From a virus (taxonomy: Duplodnaviria > Heunggongvirae > Uroviricota > Caudoviricetes): DNA of 10,237 bases. The translations under genes were made by a program, and so were the position numbers. The stretch is from the IMG/VR virus record IMGVR_UViG_3300032665_000013. One strand, given 5' to 3'. The notes beneath the pieces are model-generated. The model saw only the letters and a list, made by a program, of their open reading frames with translations. It made no database searches and had not been told where the DNA came from. Each line of letters opens with the position of its first letter. The first letter of the stretch is position 1. Positions 1 through 5,519 of this stretch are shown one piece after another.

Positions 1-212
1 TCTTTTATATTAGCGGCTGCTAATGCCCATTCTATCATTTCTTGAACGGCAACTCTATTTTTGAATTGACTTCTATGATATTCACACGATGCTTCAATTC
101 CTGTTGGATATTCTCCAATATAATGGATACCTTTTATCCCAGATTTATAGCATCCGGTGGTCTGGCCGCCGGGATGTTCACGAATAGGCCAAGATTCATA
201 CTTAATAGGCAT
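1..212 (-). CDS. Stand-alone RF-1/GGQ peptidyl-tRNA hydrolase domain protein (ArfB/PrfH-like), 3' end outside the window
   Basis: Not in the ORF track. Manual translation from ATG 212: MPIKYESWPIREHPGGQTTGCYKSGIKGIHYIGEYPTGIEASCEYHRSQFKNRVAVQEMIEWALAAANIK... It matches the release-factor domain-3 pattern PGGQ...H..PTGI...C...RSQ.KN. Confidence 0.8.
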   Translation of the reverse strand, partial: MPIKYESWPIREHPGGQTTGCYKSGIKGIHYIGEYPTGIEASCEYHRSQFKNRVAVQEMIEWALAAANIK

Positions 213-214
213 TT

Positions 215-538
215 TTAAAACCCTAGATAAAAATCTGTCGGATAATATAAAATTGGAAGTTTAGTAGCTTCAATTCGTTCGTCTATAGCAGAATTAATTG
301 AATTTCTTAATTCTTCTAATTTAGAAGCAAAGAACTCGTTGAATTTATTAGGAACCTCATATCCAAGATGTGGAAGTTCAAAATCTAATTTAGATCCTAC
401 TTGCCAAAAATCTTCATACTTAACAAGTTTGTCTTCATAATAATGAACTCTGGCTAGAAAAACTTTAGTCACAAAATTATGAAATCTATCTTTTTCAACA
501 ACGGCAACTAATCTAATTTCTGTTTTATGTAGACTCAT
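215..538 (-). CDS. Hypothetical protein (107 aa)
   Basis: ORF track 215..541; ATG at 538 preferred because AGGA lies upstream. No motif recognised. Confidence 0.7.
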   Translation of the reverse strand: MSLHKTEIRLVAVVEKDRFHNFVTKVFLARVHYYEDKLVKYEDFWQVGSKLDFELPHLGYEVPNKFNEFFASKLEELRNSINSAIDERIEATKLPILYYPTDFYLGF

Positions 539-554
539 CAATATATCCTAAATT

Positions 555-628
555 TGGTGCGGATGGGGAGAATCGAACTCCCGACTCAACACTGGCAATG
601 TCGCACGTTACCCCTACGCCACACCCGC
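555..628 (-). tRNA. tRNA-Gly(GCC), CCA encoded
   Basis: Acceptor GCGGGTG/CATCCGC, anticodon arm CGACA-TTGCCAG-TGTTG, T arm GGGAG-TTCGATT-CTCCC, discriminator A, CCA. Confidence 0.95.
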
Positions 629-1144
629 AATCCTAACTTGAGTTGTTCTATTTAAAGGAACTTGTCTAACATATTCACCTTCAGCTTTACGATTACTCCA
701 AGGCTTTAAATTATGTTCCAAAATTACCTTATCTTTGATAATAACAGCTCTAGTACATTCTTTATTCAACTGAACATAATATACACCATATTCATCTGCC
801 AATGGGTTAGGAATTTTAGAGGTGAAACTTTTTTCTCTTCGCCATTGGTGATCTTTTCGTTCAATACAATTAATTGCCCCGAATGGAAACGCAACATCAC
901 CTTGCCAATTACCGTGACGAACCTCGATTTCCCAACAATAAATTACTTCTCCATCTGAATTTAATGTAAGAAGATCGATGCCATGCTCATTTGCATTATC
1001 GATGGTCTTATATCCCTTAGCTTCAAATTGAAGATTCAAAAATTTACGAAATGCATCCCGCCCTTTTTTGTCATATGTATTATGTTCGACACGATCAAAC
1101 TTTTTAAGAGTGCCACGCATTCCCCGAGAAGTTGCTACTGTCAT
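614..1144 (-). CDS. Putative PD-(D/E)xK-fold nuclease (176 aa)
   Basis: Start moved to ATG 1144 (GAGGT SD 7 nt upstream; the 1192 start lies inside tRNA-Cys). Motifs GIDLL...WEIEVR resemble the D...(E)xK active site. The TAG stop lies inside tRNA-Gly. Confidence 0.65.
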   Translation of the reverse strand: MTVATSRGMRGTLKKFDRVEHNTYDKKGRDAFRKFLNLQFEAKGYKTIDNANEHGIDLLTLNSDGEVIYCWEIEVRHGNWQGDVAFPFGAINCIERKDHQWRREKSFTSKIPNPLADEYGVYYVQLNKECTRAVIIKDKVILEHNLKPWSNRKAEGEYVRQVPLNRTTQVRIAGVA

Positions 1145-1164
1145 ATCATATACCTCATAATAAA

Positions 1165-1250
1165 TGGAGAACCGGCGGGGTAACGCTCCCACTTACGCCT
1201 TTCGAAACAGTTTTGCAGACTGTTGCAAGGACTTCCTCACGCACCGGCTC
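1165..1250 (-). tRNA. Atypical tRNA-Cys(GCA) with a tRNA-Sec-like 8/4 fold
   Basis: Acceptor GAGCCGGT/GCCGGTTC, D arm GTGAGG-AAGT-CCTTGC, anticodon arm AACAGT-CTGCAAA-ACTGTT, 13-nt variable region, T arm G(T)GGG-AGCGTTA-CCCC, U73, CCA. Confidence 0.8.
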
Positions 1251-1258
1251 TGATTATA

Positions 1259-1287
1259 TGTATATATTATACAAAACCCTATGTCAA
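1259..1287 (-). promoter_or_regulatory. Sigma70-like early promoter upstream of tRNA-Cys
   Basis: TTGACA (1287-1282), 17 nt, TATACA. Two TATAAT hexamers lie nearby at non-standard spacing. Confidence 0.55.
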
Positions 1288-1295
1288 GAAATATT

Positions 1296-1721
1296 TCAGA
1301 TAAAAACTTTCAAAGCTTTTAAGTCCTCTCCAACGTTTTCTTCTTCGATTGGACCTATACCAAGACAAACCGTAGTAGGTTGACTAAATACCGTTACTCC
1401 GGCGTCAGTGACAAGCGAAGTTCCACATATATCTTTATATGCTGTTTGTAGTGTAACTAATTCCTCAATGGTTTCAACAGCTAAAGTTATTTTATATGCC
1501 TTCTCAGTATTTTGGTAAGCTAAAGCTTGCATAGCTGCACCCCAATTAGCTGGGGTATGAGCATTAGCGCCACCGCAGTCTAATATAACAGAATGAATTG
1601 CATCCCAATATGAATGAAGATATGCATGGCCAGCCATCGAAGCTAATTTACCACGATTACCATTCATTTTCTTTACAGATTCTTTTGCAAAGATACAATA
1701 CATCACAATTTTAGACATCAT
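1296..1721 (-). CDS. pth2: Peptidyl-tRNA hydrolase type 2 (Pth2)
   Basis: GKLASMAGHA, KITL, DAGVTVFSQPTTVCLGIGP match the Pth2 motifs GKxAAQxxHA and DAGxT...TxLGIGP. Confidence 0.9.
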   Translation of the reverse strand: MMSKIVMYCIFAKESVKKMNGNRGKLASMAGHAYLHSYWDAIHSVILDCGGANAHTPANWGAAMQALAYQNTEKAYKITLAVETIEELVTLQTAYKDICGTSLVTDAGVTVFSQPTTVCLGIGPIEEENVGEDLKALKVFI

Positions 1722-1893
1722 ATTTCCCTAATACCAACCGTTCAAATCCTCGTTTAGCTGCGGCCAAATCTTTCATGCCACATTCAAAACAAACTTCTTC
1801 ACTATTAGGTCCATACGGACGAGTTTCTGCAATTTTATGACAAAGATCGCATACTCCATCATCCTCTGGTTGGATAATTCCAAATCTACTCAT
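1711..1893 (-). CDS. Small putative Zn-binding protein (60 aa)
   Basis: CDLC...RPYGP...CFEC (two CxxC pairs); AGGA SD; 3' end overlaps the pth2 start. Confidence 0.8.
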   Translation of the reverse strand: MSRFGIIQPEDDGVCDLCHKIAETRPYGPNSEEVCFECGMKDLAAAKRGFERLVLGKYDV

Positions 1894-1909
1894 AATAAAT
1901 TCCTTAAAA

Positions 1910-2000
1910 TGGTGCGCCCGTCGAGACTTGAACTCGAACCAACCCCTAATCTGGGCATCCGGGATATAAATCCGGTCGTGCTACCTTACACTACAAGCGC
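1910..2000 (-). tRNA. tRNA-Ile(TAT) with long variable arm
   Basis: Acceptor GCGCTTG/CGGGCGC, anticodon arm CCGGA-TTTATAT-CCCGG (A:C closing mismatch), about 21-nt variable region, T arm TCGAG-TTCAAGT-CTCGA, A73, CCA. Confidence 0.75.
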
Positions 2001-2007
2001 ATTAATT

Positions 2008-2082
2008 TGGTGCATCTTGAAGGTTACGCTCCTTCTATTCCTGCGTGTCGGGCAGGTATGATAACTACTTCATCAAAGATGC
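2008..2082 (-). tRNA. tRNA-Val(GAC)
   Basis: Acceptor GCATCTT/AAGATGC, anticodon arm CCTGC-CCGACAC-GCAGG (C33 instead of U33), T arm GAAGG-AGCGTAA-CCTTC, A73, CCA. Confidence 0.85.
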
Positions 2083-2165
2083 ATTCATTATATAAACTGT
2101 GGGCTGATATGCGACTTTATATCAGTTTCCCTTGACTACCTCTAGGCGCTGTCAAGACCATTTTC

Positions 2166-2241
2166 TGGGGTGGTTAACGGGTAACGATCCCGTCACTTCG
2201 GCTTCACAGGCCGACATGTATCCATCAACACCTTAACCACC
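2166..2241 (-). tRNA. tRNA-His(GTG) with encoded G-1:C73
   Basis: Acceptor G-GTGGTTA/TAACCAC-C-CCA, anticodon arm TCGGC-CTGTGAA-GCCGA, T arm ACGGG-ATCGTTA-CCCGT. Confidence 0.92.
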
Positions 2242-2251
2242 ATAAAATATT

Positions 2252-2339
2252 TGGAGGACATTGTGGGTTCGAATCCCACTATGCTCTTTCGAGAACGGAT
2301 TAAGAGTCCGTTGCTTTCAACCTATTCCGCCATATGTCC
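2252..2339 (-). tRNA. Atypical type-II-like tRNA with Lys(CTT) anticodon
   Basis: Acceptor GGACATA/AATGTCC (A:A mismatch), anticodon arm ACGGA-CTCTTAA-TCCGT, variable arm CTC-GAAA-GAG, T arm GTGGG-ATTCGAA-CCCAC, U73, CCA. Confidence 0.75.
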
Positions 2340-2492
2340 ATTTAAATCTCTAATATTTGGTGACGTTCTGCGTATATGATCACTAAACTTTTCACCATAA
2401 ATACTTTCTGTTCTTACCCCGTTGATTTTCCACGGCTTACACGCCGTACATCCAGATCGTTGATTTTTACTTTTACCTCTTTTATGATGCAT
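2322..2492 (-). CDS. Small basic CxxC protein (56 aa)
   Basis: ATG 2492 with GAGGG SD (the track start at 2540 is inside tRNA-Arg). MHHKRGKSKNQRSGCTACKPWK... The TAG stop lies inside the Lys-anticodon tRNA. Confidence 0.6.
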   Translation of the reverse strand: MHHKRGKSKNQRSGCTACKPWKINGVRTESIYGEKFSDHIRRTSPNIRDLNGHMAE

Positions 2493-2510
2493 ATTTCCCT
2501 CATAAAATAA

Positions 2511-2592
2511 TGGTGCCCTAGGAGGGACTCGAACCCCCATACTCCAATTACGGCGTTGATGACCGCTTAGAAGGCGGGACCGATACTAGGGC
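2511..2592 (-). tRNA. D-arm-less tRNA-like gene with Arg(TCT) anticodon
   Basis: Perfect acceptor GCCCTAG/CTAGGGC, only an 8-nt linker where the D arm should be, CCGC-CTTCTAA-GCGG, 24-nt variable region, T arm GGGGG-TTCGAGT-CCCTC, A73, CCA. Confidence 0.7.
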
Positions 2593-2599
2593 ATTAAAA

Positions 2600-2788
2600 T
2601 TAAATCTTATCAAAAATATCGTCAATAATAACCATATCAATCCCATGATCACGATCATTTTTAACCACACCTCTTCGAATATTAATTTTATATTCGATCA
2701 ATGCTTCACGTATAACTTCTATTTCAATATTTGTAAATTCTTTAATAATTTGTTTACTTTGATTGGTGATGTCAACAATATTCGACAT
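2600..2788 (-). CDS. Hypothetical protein (62 aa)
   Basis: ATG overlaps the upstream TGA (TGATG); GGAG SD. Confidence 0.7.
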   Translation of the reverse strand: MSNIVDITNQSKQIIKEFTNIEIEVIREALIEYKINIRRGVVKNDRDHGIDMVIIDDIFDKI

Positions 2789-2955
2789 CACAAGCTCTCC
2801 AAAAAATTATTAGCACTATCCATCCAATCCATAACTTCTGGTTGAAGTTCTTCTCCTTGGCGTTTAGCATTAATCAATTCACAAAAACGAGTTTCGATTA
2901 TTGTGCGATTTTCATGCTTAAGATCTGGAAACTTGAAAACAAGAACTTCAGTCAT
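2788..2955 (-). CDS. Hypothetical protein (55 aa)
   Basis: ATG 2955 with AGGAG SD preferred over the track's TTG start at 2976. Confidence 0.7.
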   Translation of the reverse strand: MTEVLVFKFPDLKHENRTIIETRFCELINAKRQGEELQPEVMDWMDSANNFLESL

Positions 2956-3029
2956 AACTAGAACTCCTACACTCAAAATATAACGGAGGGTTCCTCAATC
3001 ATTAAATGATCCCCACCCACAATGAAAAC

Positions 3030-3106
3030 TGGCTCCCTAAACAGGATTCGAACCTGTAACAATCTGATTAACAGTCAGACGCCAGTACCAATCCGGCCCC
3101 TAGGGA
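3030..3106 (-). tRNA. tRNA-Asn(GTT)
   Basis: Acceptor TCCCTAG/TTAGGGA, anticodon arm TCTGA-CTGTTAA-TCAGA, T arm ACAGG-TTCGAAT-CCTGT, G73, CCA. Confidence 0.95.
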
Positions 3107-3123
3107 ATAAAACTTTCTAACTC

Positions 3124-3152
3124 TATATATAGTAGAATTTACTATATGTCAA
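3124..3152 (-). promoter_or_regulatory. Sigma70-like promoter at the head of the tRNA cluster
   Basis: TTGACA-17-TATATA, ending 18 nt upstream of tRNA-Asn. Confidence 0.65.
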
Positions 3153-3166
3153 CATATTTTTTTCTA

Positions 3167-3397
3167 TTATCCCATCAAAAGAGATGTGCCAAGAGCAAGA
3201 GCATCGTGAAAAGATAAATCAATATTACTTTTATATGTGGTAATATCGTTTTCTATTAGTTCATTTTGATATAAGCCATTCCCCAAATAATTTGTTCTTA
3301 CTACTACATGGGCAAACAAATTATTGGTAACAATCAACTTCAGTACAATTTCCCGGTCCAGTTCATTCATCCCTCGAACATATTCGATGTTAATCAT
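3167..3397 (-). CDS. Hypothetical early protein (76 aa)
   Basis: GAGGAG SD and a consensus promoter directly upstream. Confidence 0.8.
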   Translation of the reverse strand: MINIEYVRGMNELDREIVLKLIVTNNLFAHVVVRTNYLGNGLYQNELIENDITTYKSNIDLSFHDALALGTSLLMG

Positions 3398-3421
3398 AAA
3401 CTATCTCCTCTTGATGTGGCT

Positions 3422-3450
3422 ATTATACAAGAAGGGAGTATATGTGTCAA
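3422..3450 (-). promoter_or_regulatory. Consensus sigma70 early promoter
   Basis: TTGACA-17-TATAAT with an extended -10 TG. Confidence 0.85.
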
Positions 3451-3462
3451 CCATTAAAAACA

Positions 3463-3470
3463 CATAAATA
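3463..3470 (+). promoter_or_regulatory. T4-type late promoter (CATAAATA)
   Basis: One mismatch from T4 TATAAATA, upstream of the GGAG SD and ATG 3494. The identical octamer precedes the kinase gene. Confidence 0.65.
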
Positions 3471-3493
3471 TCAAAAATCGGAGATATATTTTA

Positions 3494-4312
3494 ATGAAAT
3501 CGTTCAAATCATTTATCAAATCATTTATCAAAAAAGCTATCTTAATAACTGCTGTGCCTACCCATGGCAAGCATGCCCAAGAAAAGCCACCAATTATAAC
3601 GGCAGAACCTGTTCATGGTAAACATGCTATAAAAGAAGACAATGACGCTTATTATGATTGGAATTACCATAACGATAATAGTCATCTTGGCAAAGATACA
3701 CAAGACGTTCATAATAAAATAAATCTATCTACGAATCAATTTAAAAAGAAACATGGATCAGCTAGTGTCGAACATCTCCATAATTATTCAGCATTTAGTC
3801 AAGATACTAATAGACACCTCATTCATAAAGCTGTAGGAGGAAAATCCCCCTTTGAAAATAATCTTGGACTGGATCCTGTCAAAAGAGAATCCAATGCTAA
3901 AGATATGGTTCATGGAGTTGATCATGCATTAAAAAATTCCAAACTTGACCATGATTTACATGTGTATCATGGAACTAATACATGGCACCCCGGAGAAGAA
4001 TCGGCTAAACATTCAGAAGGTATAGTGCATTTACCTACATATTTATCAACTTCGATTAGTAAATCTGTAGGTGTTGATTATACTCATCCACATACTAAAT
4101 TAGAAAATAAAGGTCATCATATTCTCCATATTCACCTCAAAAAAGGTCAACATGGGGCATATCTTGGTAACAATTCTTGTTTTGATGGAGAACATGAATT
4201 TCTGATGCCAAGAGATACAAAATTAAAGATTCATCCAGAACCAACTAAACTTAAATATGATGGTAATGATTTACATGTATGGCATGCACACGTAGTAGAC
4301 AACGAGGAATAA
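3494..4312 (+). CDS. His-rich ADP-ribosyltransferase 1 (VIP2/C3-like fold), putative internal virion protein
   Basis: NYS..SQDTNRHL helix, LHVYHG, YLSTS, GEHEFLMPR (ExE). 32 His in 272 aa. N-terminus MKSFKSFI. Confidence 0.85.
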   Translation: MKSFKSFIKSFIKKAILITAVPTHGKHAQEKPPIITAEPVHGKHAIKEDNDAYYDWNYHNDNSHLGKDTQDVHNKINLSTNQFKKKHGSASVEHLHNYSAFSQDTNRHLIHKAVGGKSPFENNLGLDPVKRESNAKDMVHGVDHALKNSKLDHDLHVYHGTNTWHPGEESAKHSEGIVHLPTYLSTSISKSVGVDYTHPHTKLENKGHHILHIHLKKGQHGAYLGNNSCFDGEHEFLMPRDTKLKIHPEPTKLKYDGNDLHVWHAHVVDNEE

Positions 4313-4314
4313 AT

Positions 4315-5187
4315 ATGAAGAATTTTAAAGATTACATGGTAGCTAATGAATTTGATGGTATTCCATTAATGCCAATTCCTACTCACGGAAAACATTCCAT
4401 CCCATCTGATTCGGAAGAAGATGATAAAATACCGATGATACCTGATATGGTACACGGTAAGCATTCATTTAAAGAAGAAAATGAGCATAATTTTCCTCCT
4501 GTCACAAAATCGGCAGCATGGTCTAGCCATAGCAATAATGAAAATTCTCATTTAGGAAACAATGTAGAAGAGGTGCATCAAAAATTAGACATGCCTCGTG
4601 AAAAATTCGAATCGACTCCCTCATATGACCACGTACATAATTATACTTGTAGCTCTAATAGATTAAATAAAAATCTTATTAAAAAAGCTAAAGGAATGGA
4701 TCCATTTAAAAGTGAAAAATGGGAAGACTCTGGTGTTAGACGAGATAAAAGACATCTAAAACAAGTTCATAACGAAAAAGTAAAGGACATAGACGAAGCA
4801 TTAAAACATCATACTCTTGACCATGATTTACATGTATACCATGGAACAGACGCTTTTAATCCAGATGAATTAGCCAAACAACATCCACAAAGAAAAATTA
4901 AATCAGCTGCATATATGTCAACATCTATCGACAAAGAGAAAGCTATGGGGTTTGCTGGTAAAGAGCCGGGAAATGCGGAACCATATCAGAGTGCCCATAG
5001 TGATTCCCATATTCTGCACGTTCATCTCAAAAAAGGACAACATGGAATGTATTTGGGTAGTCATAGTAATTTTGAAAAAGAAAAAGAATTTCTACTTCCT
5101 AGAAATACCACAATGAAAGTTCATCCAGAGCCAACTGTTATGGATAACGGAGTGAAGGTATGGCATGCACATGTGGTAGGGCGTTAA
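4315..5187 (+). CDS. His-rich ADP-ribosyltransferase 2, tandem paralog of ART1 (290 aa)
   Basis: ATG 4315 with GAGGA SD. NYT..S..LNKNL, LHVYHG, YMSTS, EKEFLLPR. 27 His in 290 aa. DNA identity with ART1 includes 30/32 nt at 3944-3975 vs 4816-4847. Confidence 0.85.
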   Translation: MKNFKDYMVANEFDGIPLMPIPTHGKHSIPSDSEEDDKIPMIPDMVHGKHSFKEENEHNFPPVTKSAAWSSHSNNENSHLGNNVEEVHQKLDMPREKFESTPSYDHVHNYTCSSNRLNKNLIKKAKGMDPFKSEKWEDSGVRRDKRHLKQVHNEKVKDIDEALKHHTLDHDLHVYHGTDAFNPDELAKQHPQRKIKSAAYMSTSIDKEKAMGFAGKEPGNAEPYQSAHSDSHILHVHLKKGQHGMYLGSHSNFEKEKEFLLPRNTTMKVHPEPTVMDNGVKVWHAHVVGR

Positions 5188-5507
5188 GCGGTTTCATCCT
5201 GCATTTCGAGGCCGTTCCACCATACTAGTCCATAAAATCTTTTCAAAATCTTGTCTTTTACACTATTCTTAAAATTCGGATAACTTATTTTATTGATGAT
5301 CGATTCTGATATAATATGGGCGAACAATTTTTTGCTCACACTAATACGATATGCATAATCGGAATTAGGAACCGTGTAAATTTCATTAATTCTTTCAGGG
5401 AAAACCGCTTCTAGGTGTTCCTTTCGTCGTGCCCTTACCATAAGAAAATCATGGTCATTACGATCTTCGACCGCAGATAAAAATCCATTATTCAAACAAA
5501 TCCACAT
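5184..5507 (-). CDS. Hypothetical protein (107 aa), probably co-transcribed with the kinase
   Basis: AGGA SD, 12 nt after the kinase stop. Its stop overlaps the ART2 stop (TTAA). Confidence 0.8.
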   Translation of the reverse strand: MWICLNNGFLSAVEDRNDHDFLMVRARRKEHLEAVFPERINEIYTVPNSDYAYRISVSKKLFAHIISESIINKISYPNFKNSVKDKILKRFYGLVWWNGLEMQDETA

Positions 5508-5519
5508 TATAAAAATTCC

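Noticed and set aside
1165-1250. True tRNA-Sec (selC)
   Set aside because: The anticodon is GCA and base 73 is U, rather than UCA and G73. No sel genes are in the window.
713-1383. Plus-strand ORFs 713-958, 983-1183 and 1132-1383
   Set aside because: They are antisense shadows of the nuclease, tRNA-Cys and pth2, with no SD or motifs.
1837-2061. Plus-strand 74-aa ORF
   Set aside because: It is the antisense reading of tRNA-Ile and tRNA-Val.
2099-2160. Hammerhead ribozyme (GAAAC and CTGAT present)
   Set aside because: The core elements are in the wrong order, and CUGANGA and the NUH site are missing.
2263-2279. Plus-strand tRNA suggested by a canonical GTGGG-TTCGAAT-CCCAC
   Set aside because: The anticodon arm, D region and CCA are only in the correct order on the minus strand.
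2645-2845. Plus-strand 66-aa ORF
   Set aside because: It is antisense to two coupled minus-strand genes that have SDs.
2985-3020. Short hairpins downstream of tRNA-Asn as an ncRNA
   Set aside because: The stems are only 4-6 bp and weak, so they are not distinguishable from chance.
4279-4315. ART2 start at 4279, and a late promoter AATAAATA at 4308-4315
   Set aside because: ATG 4315 has the SD and the MK.F motif. The octamer overlaps the start codon, so it cannot yield a transcript with a leader.
3494-5507. DarTG-type toxin-antitoxin or RNA 2'-phosphotransferase assignment
   Set aside because: The motifs fit the STS/ExE VIP2 class, and no macrodomain or ADP-ribosylhydrolase is recognisable.
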